From an uncultured Phycisphaerales bacterium (lineage in GTDB: Bacteria > Planctomycetota > Phycisphaerae > Phycisphaerales > SM1A02), in assembly GCA_938084645.1 (NCBI GenBank), contig CALKEP010000052.1, positions 1,722-65,721 on the forward strand: a stretch of 64,000 bases of DNA, read 5' to 3'. Shown here in pieces: positions 1-9,575 of this stretch. Under the pieces are notes generated by a model. That model was not told the origin of the DNA and did not search any database. It was given only the letters and a program-made list of their open reading frames with translations. The position numbers and the translations under genes were made by a program. How positions within the stretch are numbered: position 1 is the first letter of the stretch; each line of letters opens with the position of its first letter.

Positions 1-87
1 CCCGGAGTTCCGAATCAGGGTTGCCATCCTGTTCGAACCCGTGGCGGGCGTTGGACGCTCCGATCGATTTCAAGAAAGGCGGTCGCC

Positions 88-843
88 GTGCGATTCGGGA
101 TCATCTCTGACATTCATGGGAATCTCCTCGCGCTCGAATCAGTGCTCGAAGCGCTCGACGCCGAGGGAATCGACCGCCTCATCTGTCTTGGCGACGTGGT
201 CGGATACGGTCCGGACCCGATCGAGTGTCTCGATCTCGTGTTCGACCGGGATGCCGTGATGGTCATCGGGAATCACGAGGAGGCGATGCTTCGCCCCGAG
301 ATCGCGAAGTCGTTTCGAGACGTCGCTCGCGAGGCGATCGAATGGACCAGCCGTCGGATGCGGGCGCTGCGCCCCGACCTGATCGAACGCATCGAGCAGC
401 TTCCGGGCATGATCTACCTCGAATCCGATCTCATGCTCGTGCACGACTCACCGGTCCCCGGTGGGCGGCGATACCTCGTGAACGAAGCGGCGGCGGGTCC
501 GGCATTCCGGGGCGTCGACACGTCGATCTGTCTCGTCGGGCACACGCACCTTCCCGGATGTTTTCGCCATCGGGGTGACGACGAGGATGGGATGGTCGAG
601 TCCAGGTCCGGATCGCCGGGCGCCTCCGTCGAACTCGAGACGGGTGCTCGCTACATCCTGAACCCCGGTTCGGTGGGTCAGCCTCGAGACGGGGATCCGA
701 GAGCGGCGTACGCCATCCTCGATCTCGATGACCATGAGATCTCCTGGCGACGGGCCGGATACGACATTCCCGCGGCGCAGGCGAGAACCCTCGCCTCGGG
801 GCTTCCCGCTCGGGCCGCCGAACGACTCGCGATCGGAGCGTGA
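88..843 (+). CDS. Metallophosphoesterase (MJ0936/YfcE-like phosphodiesterase)
   Basis: 251-aa ORF with GTG start. It carries calcineurin-like metal-binding motifs in order: ISDIHGN, LGDVVGYGP, GNHE, GHTH. Confidence 0.85.
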   Translation: MRFGIISDIHGNLLALESVLEALDAEGIDRLICLGDVVGYGPDPIECLDLVFDRDAVMVIGNHEEAMLRPEIAKSFRDVAREAIEWTSRRMRALRPDLIERIEQLPGMIYLESDLMLVHDSPVPGGRRYLVNEAAAGPAFRGVDTSICLVGHTHLPGCFRHRGDDEDGMVESRSGSPGASVELETGARYILNPGSVGQPRDGDPRAAYAILDLDDHEISWRRAGYDIPAAQARTLASGLPARAAERLAIGA

Positions 844-942
844 CGAGGCAGGCCTCGTCGAAACGTGATGGCATGAAGCCGTCGTGGCTCCCGATGGGGG
901 GCGTTCCGACCGTTCGGCCCGGTGATCCGATCCGAGTGGGAT

Positions 943-1776
943 TCAGCCGAGTCCGAGGTTGAAGAACAGGGCCGTGAAGAACAGATCGGCGAAGATCACG
1001 GTGACCACCGTCTGAACCACGGTGTCGGTCGTCGCCTTGCCGACGCCGGCCGCACCACCCGAGACCGCGAGTCCGTTCCGACAGGCGATCAGCCCGAGGA
1101 TCGTTCCGAACACCCCGGCCTTGAACAGGCCGGTCAGAAAGTCGGCGCTGGTCAACTGCTGGATGGTGTTGTCCTTGTACACCTCGTAGGGAATCCCGAG
1201 TTGGAGGATTCCGATGACGCCGCCCGAGAAGACCGCGGAGAGGTCCGCGATCACCGAGAGCAGGACGAGGCTGATCGCACTGGCGATCACGCGGGGAACG
1301 ACGAGAAAGCGAACCGGATTGAGGCCCATCGACTCGAGGGCCTCGATCTCCTCCCCGACCACCATGGTTCCGATCTCGGCCGCGATCGACGCGCCGGCGA
1401 ATCCGGTGAGCACGATGGCCGCGATCAGCGGACCCAGTTCGCGGAACACCGCGACCCCCACGAGATTGGCGACCTTGTCGACCTGCCCGAACTGGGCGAG
1501 GCTGGGCGCGGTCTGGAGCGCGAGGATGAAGCCGATGCTCCCCGAGACGAGGATCACGATGCTGATCGAACGCACGCCCACCCGCACCATCTGGGAGATG
1601 AACGCCGCGCGTCCGAATCGAACCTCGTGCTTCACGATGGACCGCCATGTCCACCCGACGAGTTCATGAAGCAGCCAGTACAGCGCGCCGACGAATTCGA
1701 GGACGCCGAGCACAAGCGAGCCGATCCCTTCGATCGGTCGAACGAGGACGCTGCGTCGGGGGGCGGCGGTGGTCAT
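943..1776 (-). CDS. mlaE: MlaE/YrbE-family ABC transporter permease (lipid transport)
   Basis: The C-terminal 277 aa of ORF 943..1893 is multi-TM with an MlaE-like core (GPLIAAIVLTGFAGASIAAEIGTMVVGEEIEALESMG). The start is set at the ATG at 1776, which overlaps the STAS stop (ATGA). Confidence 0.85.
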   Translation of the reverse strand: MTTAAPRRSVLVRPIEGIGSLVLGVLEFVGALYWLLHELVGWTWRSIVKHEVRFGRAAFISQMVRVGVRSISIVILVSGSIGFILALQTAPSLAQFGQVDKVANLVGVAVFRELGPLIAAIVLTGFAGASIAAEIGTMVVGEEIEALESMGLNPVRFLVVPRVIASAISLVLLSVIADLSAVFSGGVIGILQLGIPYEVYKDNTIQQLTSADFLTGLFKAGVFGTILGLIACRNGLAVSGGAAGVGKATTDTVVQTVVTVIFADLFFTALFFNLGLG

Positions 1777-2126
1777 GACCCGTCCTGCATCGCGGTGTCG
1801 GTGTCCGCGGCGATGGCGAACACCGTGTCCAACCGCGCGATCTCGAAGACCGAACGGACCCGGTCCTGCATGCCCGCGAGCACCAGCGTGCACCCCTTGG
1901 ACCGACTCTGCTGCAACGCCTCGACGAGGGTCGCGACACCCGAACTGTCCATGTAGGGAACCTGCGCGAGATCGATGATCAGGCGGGTGGGCTTCTCCGC
2001 AAGGATCTCGGCGAGGTGAGTCCGCAGGGAAGGGCTCCGGGCGAGGTCGATCTCGCCGACCGGGCTGGCGACCACCGTCTGGTCGCGCTTTTCGACTTCA
2101 ACGTTCATTTCTTGTCCGCTCGTCAT
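1773..2126 (-). CDS. STAS-domain protein (anti-sigma-factor antagonist / MlaB-like)
   Basis: 117 aa. It has the SpoIIAA/RsbV-like layout with a conserved phosphorylatable serine context (VPYMDSSGVATLV). ATGA overlaps at both ends. Confidence 0.85.
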   Translation of the reverse strand: MTSGQEMNVEVEKRDQTVVASPVGEIDLARSPSLRTHLAEILAEKPTRLIIDLAQVPYMDSSGVATLVEALQQSRSKGCTLVLAGMQDRVRSVFEIARLDTVFAIAADTDTAMQDGS

Positions 2127-2608
2127 GAACTTCCATTCTCCGGCGTACCGGCGTTCTGGTCATGCCGTCCGGACTGCCGGGCGGTGGGAATCGATTTTTC
2201 CAACACCAGTCGCATTCCCGTCGGCGTCCGACGTTGGAACTCGCAGGTGTCGGTCACTTCTCGCATCAAGTGGACGCCAAGTCCACCCGGTCGGACGTCA
2301 TCGAGGTCGCGGGGATTGATCCGATCGGGATCGACCTGCCGTCCCAGGTCCTCGATTTCGATGTGCAGACGCCGGTCCGGTTCCTCCTTCACGCTGGCGG
2401 AAAGCCAGATCCGACCGTCCGTCGCCCCCTCGTAGCCATGTCGAATCACGTTGGCGAGGGCTTCGTCGACCGCGAGTGCGAGATGGCCGGTCTCGACCTC
2501 GTCGAAGCCGAGACGCTCCGACAGCGAGGTCAGCATCGCTCGAACCGGCGCCAGCAGCTCCGGCTGGCTGAGCAGCTCAACTCGAATCAACGAGCCTGCA
2601 TCGGTCAC
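2123..2608 (-). CDS. RsbW/SpoIIAB-like anti-sigma regulatory factor (HATPase_c serine kinase)
   Basis: 161 aa with GTG start. It has an N-box (DEALANVIRHG), a G1-like motif (IEDLGRQ) and a G2-like motif (RPGGLGVHLM). It overlaps the neighbouring genes by 4 nt on both sides. Confidence 0.8.
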   Translation of the reverse strand: MTDAGSLIRVELLSQPELLAPVRAMLTSLSERLGFDEVETGHLALAVDEALANVIRHGYEGATDGRIWLSASVKEEPDRRLHIEIEDLGRQVDPDRINPRDLDDVRPGGLGVHLMREVTDTCEFQRRTPTGMRLVLEKSIPTARQSGRHDQNAGTPENGSS

Positions 2609-3021
2609 GAAACCGTCCCTCCCTGCGGTGCGGTCTTCTGGGTCTCATCCGGCAGGGTGTCGACCCAGGTTCGCCATCGCTGCACGGCTTCGTTTCGGGC
2701 GGGGGGACTCGCCGAGGGATGGAAACCGAAGTCCCGGCTGGTCACGAGTTTGAGCGTGTCACCGGCGATCAGCCTGGCGGCGGGATCACTCGACTGCAGC
2801 ATCACCACCAGGTGCTGGAGTGTCGTCTTCGGCGGTCGGACCCTGGCTTCGGGCGGTTGGGTCGAATTCCAGCGTTCGGCGACCCCGACCGCGGCGTAGA
2901 TGCGGGATGCCGGGTCCGCGGCATCGAATCCGCCATCCGGGATGGGGGGAGCGCAGCCGACGGCGACGAGGGTTCCGAGGACCCCACCCAGCCACCGAAG
3001 TTTCGGACGCCTGCCTGCCAT
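2605..3021 (-). CDS. Small lipoprotein, unknown function
   Basis: 138 aa from the ATG at 3021, with a signal peptide plus lipobox (LGTLVAVGC). The upstream part of ORF 2605..4236 is antisense to guaA and was discarded. Confidence 0.6.
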   Translation of the reverse strand: MAGRRPKLRWLGGVLGTLVAVGCAPPIPDGGFDAADPASRIYAAVGVAERWNSTQPPEARVRPPKTTLQHLVVMLQSSDPAARLIAGDTLKLVTSRDFGFHPSASPPARNEAVQRWRTWVDTLPDETQKTAPQGGTVS

Positions 3022-3186
3022 GGGAGCAGAATAACACCGGATGGGAGGGTCAAGAGCACGCCTCTCCCATCGTGGGTGGGGGCCGAGGGTCGGTCTCCAC
3101 CGGTCGGAGAGGCGGCGCGGTAGCATTTTCTCTTTCAATCGTGCGGAATCCCACCAGGATCTCGCAGCACAGCCTTCGGATCCAAC

Positions 3187-4776
3187 ATGACCACCGCGAC
3201 CACCGGCGACATTCCTGCCGCAGAGACCATTCCGATTCTCGACTTCGGGAGTCAGTACACCCAGCTCATCGCCCGAAGAGTTCGAGAACTCGGTGCCTTC
3301 AGTCTCCTCGTGGCGCCGGATACCGATCTCGAGACCATTCGGGCCCTGAATCCCAAGGGGGTGATCCTCTCCGGCGGGCCCTCGAGCGTCCACGAATCCG
3401 GAGCGCCGGTGTGTGATCCCGGCATCCTCGATCTCGGGGTTCCGGTTCTCGGCATCTGTTACGGCATGCAGCTCGGGTGCGAGATGCTCGGTGGCACGGT
3501 CAAGAGCGCCTCGAGCCGGGAGTACGGCCGAGCGCAACTCGAGATCGGCAACGACGAGGGACTGCTGGCAGGCATTCCCGCACGCACCTCCGTGTGGATG
3601 AGTCATGGCGATCAGGTGACCGGACTCTCCGAGGCGTTCGAGGCCGTGGCGTCGACCTCCACGTGTCCGTTCGCCGCGGTCCGTCATCGCGAGCGTCCCT
3701 TCTGGGGCGTCCAGTTCCACCCCGAGGTCACGCATACGCCTCATGGCGTCGACATCCTGCGCAACTTCCTCTACGGGATCTGCGGATGCAGCGGCACCTG
3801 GAGGATGAGCGAGTACCTCGATGCCGAATGCGAGCGGGTTCGACGCCGGGTCGGTGAGGATCGCGTGATCTGCGGCCTCTCGGGGGGCGTCGACAGTTCG
3901 GTCGTCGCGGCCCTTCTCCAGCGGGCGATCGGCGACCGGCTCACCTGCATCTTCGTCGACAACGGTCTGCTGCGGAAGAACGAACGGGAACTCGTCGAGA
4001 CGACGTTCCGAGATCATTTCGACATCGATCTTCGAGTCATCGATGCGGCCGAAGAGTTTCTCGACGATCTCAAGGGGATCGACGACCCGCAGGAGAAGCG
4101 GCGGCTGATCGGCCATCGATTCATCACGGTGTTCCAGGAGGCCGCACGACAGGTCGAGTCCGAGTCCTCGAAGTACGGTGGCGTCCGGTTCCTCGCGCAG
4201 GGCACGTTGTATCCCGACGTGATCGAGAGCGGCCACTCACTCGCCGGAACCGCGGCGAACATCAAGCTCCACCACAACGTCGGCGGACTTCCGGAGGAAC
4301 TCGGCTTCGAACTCGTGGAGCCGCTTCGGGATCTCTTCAAGGACGAGGTCCGCACGCTCGGGGAGGTCCTCGGCCTGCCGCCCGCGATCGTCTGGAGACA
4401 TCCGTTTCCGGGCCCCGGTCTGGCGGTCCGCGTGCTGGGTGACATCACGCACGACAAACTGGACCTGCTTCGCGAGTGCGACGAGATCCTGCTCGAGGAG
4501 ATCGTCGCGAACGAACTGTATCGATCGACCAACCAGGTCTTCACGGTGCTGCTGCCCGTGCGATCGGTCGGCGTGATGGGGGACGGTCGGACCTACGACA
4601 ACGTGGTCGCGGTTCGTGCCGTCGAGACCCAGGACTTCATGACCGCCGACTGGGCGAGGCTGCCCTACGGGGTCCTCGCCTCGATCTCGAATCGCATCAT
4701 CAACGAGGTGGCCGGCGTCAATCGAGTGGTCTACGACATCAGTTCGAAGCCGCCCGCCACCATCGAGTGGGAGTGA
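3187..4776 (+). CDS. guaA: GMP synthase (glutamine-hydrolysing)
   Basis: 529 aa. It has a GATase-1 domain (GICYGMQ), a PP-loop ([13 protein letters not shown]) and the conserved C-terminal PPATIEWE. Confidence 0.97.
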   Translation: MTTATTGDIPAAETIPILDFGSQYTQLIARRVRELGAFSLLVAPDTDLETIRALNPKGVILSGGPSSVHESGAPVCDPGILDLGVPVLGICYGMQLGCEMLGGTVKSASSREYGRAQLEIGNDEGLLAGIPARTSVWMSHGDQVTGLSEAFEAVASTSTCPFAAVRHRERPFWGVQFHPEVTHTPHGVDILRNFLYGICGCSGTWRMSEYLDAECERVRRRVGEDRVICGLSGGVDSSVVAALLQRAIGDRLTCIFVDNGLLRKNERELVETTFRDHFDIDLRVIDAAEEFLDDLKGIDDPQEKRRLIGHRFITVFQEAARQVESESSKYGGVRFLAQGTLYPDVIESGHSLAGTAANIKLHHNVGGLPEELGFELVEPLRDLFKDEVRTLGEVLGLPPAIVWRHPFPGPGLAVRVLGDITHDKLDLLRECDEILLEEIVANELYRSTNQVFTVLLPVRSVGVMGDGRTYDNVVAVRAVETQDFMTADWARLPYGVLASISNRIINEVAGVNRVVYDISSKPPATIEWE

Positions 4777-4871
4777 TTCCAGATCGCCGCCGTCACGCGA
4801 ATCATGCTGGATTCAGACGGGCTGGCCGGCGCTCCGGATGACGTGCCGGCGTGTCTCGCGACCTCGCGGAC

Positions 4872-6038
4872 TCACTGACCGCCGCGACCGAACACGGTCT
4901 GCTTCATGATGAGCAGAAGCGTCTGGCAGATGATGTCGACGTCGGCGGCGGTGACGAAGGCGTGGCAAGGCAGGAGCATGGTTCGTCCTGCGATTCGCGC
5001 GGCGATCGGCCACCGATCCTCCGGCGTCGCACCGTGTCGCGCGATCGGGAGGCCCGGGGCGAACGACCATCCGGCGGAGACACCGAGATCGTGCCGCCGC
5101 ATCCCTCGAATGATCGCATCGCGATCCTCGAGCAGGAAACGTTCGTCGAGCCGCACCGGGAACGCGGCCCAGCTGGGCTGCACGCCCGACGGTGGCGGAG
5201 AGATCAGGAGATCGGCCTCGCCGCCGAGCCGGGCGATGTATCGGGAGGCGACCTCCCGGCGGGCTGCAAGCGTCTCGGGCAGTCGCTCCAGCGTCCCGAT
5301 GCCGATGGACGCCCGAAGCACGTCCAACCGCCCGTCGAGTCCGGCGCGCACGTGATCCCCGGCTTCGTGGTCCTCGTCGACGTCGTCGGGATCGTCGGAG
5401 GCGGCGCGTCCCTCGGTCAGGATCTCCCGGCAGGTCGCGGCGATTCGTTCGTCGTGGGTGACGATCAATCCGCCTCCGGCCGCCATCGCCGAGCTCTCCC
5501 GTCCGAGGCCGAGCACCGACAGTACGCCGAAACGGCCCGCGGCATCCGACGCCATTCTGGTTCCCAGACTTTCGATCGCATCCTCGATGAGGGGGATCTC
5601 GTACTTGCGGCTCAATGCGGCCAGCTCCTCGAGCACCGACGGGGCGGTCCACGGGGCGATGGAGGAGATCACGCGGGTACGGTCGGAGATCGCGGCCTCG
5701 ACGGCGTTCGACGGCATGCCCCCGGTCAGGGGATCGACGTCCACGAATCGGGGGATGCCCCCGGATCGGACGATCGCGGCGACGAGGCGGGCCGGCGCCA
5801 GGGCCGGACAGATGACTTCATCTCCGACTTGAAGGCCCACCGAGAGCATCGCGGCTTCGAGGGCCACGCCGGCGGTGGTCGCCGCCACGGCGTAGGGGCG
5901 ATCGGTCACCGCGGCGGCGGCCGACTCGAGTTGCCGGATCGGCGATGCGTCGTCCTCGGCGAGCGCCTGCAGCGCTCCTTCGAGGGCGGCGAAGTCCTGG
6001 GACCGGATATCGGGACGATTGAGGGGGATGAAGTTCAT
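4872..6038 (-). CDS. DegT/DnrJ/EryC1/StrS-family PLP-dependent aminotransferase
   Basis: 388 aa. The N-terminus (MNFIPLNRPDI) and overall layout are typical of sugar aminotransferases. A strong AAGGAGG lies 8 nt upstream of the ATG. Confidence 0.85.
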   Translation of the reverse strand: MNFIPLNRPDIRSQDFAALEGALQALAEDDASPIRQLESAAAAVTDRPYAVAATTAGVALEAAMLSVGLQVGDEVICPALAPARLVAAIVRSGGIPRFVDVDPLTGGMPSNAVEAAISDRTRVISSIAPWTAPSVLEELAALSRKYEIPLIEDAIESLGTRMASDAAGRFGVLSVLGLGRESSAMAAGGGLIVTHDERIAATCREILTEGRAASDDPDDVDEDHEAGDHVRAGLDGRLDVLRASIGIGTLERLPETLAARREVASRYIARLGGEADLLISPPPSGVQPSWAAFPVRLDERFLLEDRDAIIRGMRRHDLGVSAGWSFAPGLPIARHGATPEDRWPIAARIAGRTMLLPCHAFVTAADVDIICQTLLLIMKQTVFGRGGQ

Positions 6039-6071
6039 GAGCGGTGCCTCCTTGATCGACCGATCAGTGGC

Positions 6072-7562
6072 TCAAGGCTCGACGATTCGTGGAATCGACG
6101 TCTCAAGATCACCGTTGGCCTGGAGATAGAGCCATGCGGCCAGAGGCCGAAGGTCGGGCGGAATGCCACCGCCGCCCGCGGCGGCCCGCCCGAGACGCTG
6201 GAGCTGTCCATCGTCGAGTTCGCCTCCGCGGGCGAGGACGAGGAGTGCGAGCGATCGGGTCGCTCGGTTGGAGGACTCGAGGAAGGGACGTGCCTCGGCG
6301 ATGGAATCCGGGCCGGGGGCATCGAGCAGCCCCCGGAAGAGGATCTCCACGTCCACGCTGTTGCGGCCGTCGCCTGGACCGGCGTCGAGGCGCGTCTGGA
6401 GTCGGGTGCCGATCGCGGCCGGATCGATCGCGGCGAGGCCGCGGGAGGCCTGCAGGGCGAGTTCCTCCAGCCCGGGCCGGGACGAACGGAGTGCTCGATC
6501 GAGCAACGCCTCGAGCACCCGTTGGTCGAGGCTGGCTTCCGCGTCCGTGATCGCCCAGACCATGGTCGGTCGATGGCCCAGTTCGATCGCGGCGATCGCG
6601 GCCTCCGCCCGGGCCTCGGGCGCCGCCAGCACGAGTTCGGCGATCGCCTTCGACATGCGGTCCGCGGTCGGGAAACGATCCACGACATCCGCAGGTGCGG
6701 CCCGATCGGCGCTGACCAGCAGCATGCCGATCGGGGGTGTTCGCAGGTCGTCTTCGCAGTCCGACAGCAGGTCGAGCCAGGCCTCGATGCCTGCTTCCGG
6801 AGACAGTTCGAGGAGGGTTTCCACGACGGCGGCCCGCAGGGCGTCGTTGGACGGTCGATCCTCGACGTCGGCCAGGAGGGCCAGAGGCGCTTCCGCGAAT
6901 CCGAGGAGTTCGAGAAACGCGACGAGTTCGAACGTCGTCCGATCCCGACTCGCGGGCGGCAGTTGTTCGACCTCGGATCGCCAGGCGGCAAGGGCCCGGA
7001 TCGATCGCTGCTCGAGTGTCGCGGCGGCGAGCCCCCGGGTCAGCCACGTCGCGTCCGCGTCGGCGGCGATCCGTTCGAGTCGGGGGGAATCCTCGGTGCG
7101 ATCCGCGATCGCGAGCGTCAGCACGAGGGCGATGTCGTGTGCGTCGAGACCGGGCAGGAGGGCGATCGCGGTCGGTTGATCGAGCAGTCCCTTGCCGACC
7201 ACCGCGACGACCGCCGCCCCGCGTTCGTCGGCGGAGTCGAGTCGGGAGATCAGGAGTGGAAGGGATTCACCCCGCTGCGCGAGTTCCACCACGGCGCGCA
7301 CCCGCATCTCCGCCGATGCCCCGTCCACGGCCGCATGAAGAATGACGTCCGTTCCATCGAGGTCGCGGGCCGCGAACGTCGCGAGGTTCGCGGGGTTTCC
7401 CTCGCCCCCGACGCTGCGACGCAGCACGGAGACGCTTGCGTCGCTCGAATCGACCGGTCCGTATCGATCCGTCTGGGCGAACCCGGGAACGGTGACGAGC
7501 AGCAAGGCGACCGAGGCTGCGCGGCGCGGCATGTCGGCGACGGATCGAAGGAGGCGGATCAT
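6072..7562 (-). CDS. Secreted alpha-helical (HEAT-like repeat) protein, unknown function
   Basis: About 496 aa from the ATG at 7562, with a signal-peptide-like N-terminus (AASVALLLVTVPGFAQ). It is Ala/Leu/Arg/Asp-rich with repetitive helical segments. It lies between dnaA and the DegT gene on the same strand. Confidence 0.6.
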   Translation of the reverse strand: MIRLLRSVADMPRRAASVALLLVTVPGFAQTDRYGPVDSSDASVSVLRRSVGGEGNPANLATFAARDLDGTDVILHAAVDGASAEMRVRAVVELAQRGESLPLLISRLDSADERGAAVVAVVGKGLLDQPTAIALLPGLDAHDIALVLTLAIADRTEDSPRLERIAADADATWLTRGLAAATLEQRSIRALAAWRSEVEQLPPASRDRTTFELVAFLELLGFAEAPLALLADVEDRPSNDALRAAVVETLLELSPEAGIEAWLDLLSDCEDDLRTPPIGMLLVSADRAAPADVVDRFPTADRMSKAIAELVLAAPEARAEAAIAAIELGHRPTMVWAITDAEASLDQRVLEALLDRALRSSRPGLEELALQASRGLAAIDPAAIGTRLQTRLDAGPGDGRNSVDVEILFRGLLDAPGPDSIAEARPFLESSNRATRSLALLVLARGGELDDGQLQRLGRAAAGGGGIPPDLRPLAAWLYLQANGDLETSIPRIVEP

Positions 7563-7608
7563 CGTGGAAGTGTACCCATGCCACGGCAAGCCGAGTCCAT
7601 CATCGGGT

Positions 7609-9063
7609 TCAGGCGCGACGAAGCGCCTGGCGGACCTCGTCGACCAGGTCCCGAAGGCGAACCGACTGATCCGCCGGACCGGGCACCGACTCGTCGGACT
7701 CGAGTTGCCGACGGATTCGACGATCGGCGGTGTGGACCGTCGAATGCGTGGTGCGACCGAGTGCCGCGGCGATTTCGGGGAAGCATGCGTTGGTCAGTTC
7801 GCGTGCGAGGTAGGCGCACAGTCCTCGGGCCAGCACGACACGCCGGTGGCGTCCGCTCGAGAGCAGTTCGTCTCGATCGACCCCGACCTCTTCGCAGACC
7901 ACCTCGATGATCCGGGAGAGCCGGATCGGCTTGCCGCCGGTCGAGGTCGACTCGTCGCCGAGGGCTCGCTGGATGGTGATGGATCCGATTTCCGACTGGT
8001 CGCCGACCCCGGCGTCGAGACGTGCCAGGGCGTCGACCCGGGTGAGGCCGCCGATGAGCTCTCGCACCGATCCGACGCAGCGGGATGCGAGCGTCTCGGT
8101 CGCGCCGTCGCCGAGTCGGATGCCGCGTTCCATGGCGAGACGTCGGGCGAGTCGGACGCGGAGTTCTCGATCCGGCCGATCGACCTGGACCACCATGCCG
8201 GAGAGGAAGCGGCTCACCAGCGGACCACTGAATCGATTGATGGTCCGGGGGTGATCGTCGGACACGACCGCCACCGCGCCCCCGGCCATCACGATCGCGT
8301 CGATCGTGTGCAGGAATTCGCTCTGGGTGGCGTTCTTGTTCGAGAGGAAGTGGACGTCGTCGATCGCGAGAAGATCGAGCCGTCGCAGCGTCTTCCGAAA
8401 CCCGTCGAGCTCGCTGTTCCGAACCGCGTGGATGTACTCGTTGGTGAACTGTTCGCCGGTCAGGTAACGGACCTTCGCCCGTCGGTCGTGACGCTTCCGC
8501 TTCTCGCAGATTCCCCGGAGGAGGTGCGTCTTGCCGATGCCGCAGTCGCCATGGACGAAGAGGACGCTGGTCGATCCTTCGAGATCGTCTCCCAGCCGGC
8601 ACGCGGCGTCGTACGCGAGTCGGTTCGAGTCCCCGATCTCGAAGCCTTCGAGGCTCGGGCCGGATTCACGGCGCCCGCGGCCCGTGGTTCGCGTTCGCCG
8701 CCCGCGAGCCTTCGTGCGATCCGGCGGGGGGGGAGGCGTCGCAGGGTCGTCGTTCGACGGGGCGGTGCCCGGTCGGGCTCGGACGTCGAGCTGGACCTCC
8801 GCGTGCTCACCGAGTTCGGCGCGGGCCGCGAGTTGAATCGCCTCGCGGAAGTGGCGCTCGATCCAGTCCGCGACGAAACGACTGTCGGCCTCGACCTTCA
8901 GTCGACCGCCTTCGACCACGAACGCGGTCGAGCGATCGAACCACATGTCCCAGCGACGGGGGCCGACGCGGCGGGCGACCTCGCGACCGATCCGCGACGT
9001 GCAGTCGCTGTCGCCGGTGTGCTCGTCGATCGTCGTTTCGAGGTCGTGCATCTCTTCGCTCAT
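7609..9063 (-). CDS. dnaA: Chromosomal replication initiator protein DnaA
   Basis: It has a Walker A (GDCGIGKTHLL), a Walker B (LLAIDDVHFL) and a C-terminal DNA-binding signature (GRTTHSTVHTADRRI). The start is set at the ATG at 9063 (MSEEMHDL). A Pro/Arg-rich linker follows domain I. Confidence 0.95.
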   Translation of the reverse strand: MSEEMHDLETTIDEHTGDSDCTSRIGREVARRVGPRRWDMWFDRSTAFVVEGGRLKVEADSRFVADWIERHFREAIQLAARAELGEHAEVQLDVRARPGTAPSNDDPATPPPPPDRTKARGRRTRTTGRGRRESGPSLEGFEIGDSNRLAYDAACRLGDDLEGSTSVLFVHGDCGIGKTHLLRGICEKRKRHDRRAKVRYLTGEQFTNEYIHAVRNSELDGFRKTLRRLDLLAIDDVHFLSNKNATQSEFLHTIDAIVMAGGAVAVVSDDHPRTINRFSGPLVSRFLSGMVVQVDRPDRELRVRLARRLAMERGIRLGDGATETLASRCVGSVRELIGGLTRVDALARLDAGVGDQSEIGSITIQRALGDESTSTGGKPIRLSRIIEVVCEEVGVDRDELLSSGRHRRVVLARGLCAYLARELTNACFPEIAAALGRTTHSTVHTADRRIRRQLESDESVPGPADQSVRLRDLVDEVRQALRRA

Positions 9064-9511
9064 CCTGGCAGGCTCCGATCGAGGGGATTTCGTCCGGCGT
9101 CGAGCGTCGGACCTCGAACCAGCCCCCGTGAGGGGGCACGGCGATCGCCCTCCGGCGGAGGCCGGATTCGAAGCGATCGTCGGTTGGGGTTGGAGTCCCT
9201 TCCGGCGAATCGAGTCAGGCCGCCTCTCTCGAAGCGACTCGACCCTGATCCGCATCTCCCCGACAAGGCGGGGAGCAGACTCGGCCTTCGGTGGAACGGA
9301 GCGTGGTCCGAGTTGGAATCCGAATCGAAAAGCCGTCGATTTCGGATTTCACCCGTACCGGCATCCAGCGAAGCGGAGCGGATCACCCATCCTTGGGCGA
9401 CCTCCGAACACTAACCGGACCCGCCTTCGAAACCGGACGCAAAATCGATCTTCGCGACGGCCGTTCGCTGGAATCCCTTGCACCGCCTCGCTTTTCGGCC
9501 ACCCGAAAAAA

Positions 9512-9556
9512 GTAATCCACCGCTCGAGGGCGTGGTGGTTCCCACCCTGTGGAAAA
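9512..9556. promoter_or_regulatory. Pair of DnaA-box-like 9-mers flanking the most AT-rich patch upstream of dnaA
   Basis: GTAATCCAC(C) at 9512-9520 matches TTATCCACA at 7/9. TGTGGAAAA at 9548-9556 (rc TTTTCCACA) matches at 8/9. The two are in inverted orientation, and an A-rich run CGAAAAAAGTAA lies at 9504-9515. Matches were found by eye only. Confidence 0.3.
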
Positions 9557-9575
9557 CACGGGCGGGTGGCTCGGC

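Noticed and set aside
431-1654. 407-aa minus-strand ORF spanning the metallophosphoesterase and mlaE genes
   Set aside because: It overlaps two motif-supported genes in other frames or on the other strand, and its translation is extremely Arg/Gly/Pro-rich.
3022-4236. Upstream 405 codons of minus-strand ORF 2605..4236
   Set aside because: They are antisense to guaA. Only the last 138 codons, which begin with a signal peptide and lipobox, look like a real protein.
4851-7910. 1019-aa ORF on the plus strand
   Set aside because: It is entirely antisense to three well-supported minus-strand genes (DegT aminotransferase, the HEAT-like protein and dnaA). Its Arg/Gly/Asp/Pro-rich low-complexity translation has no motifs. 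This is a typical stop-codon-poor shadow frame in high-GC DNA.
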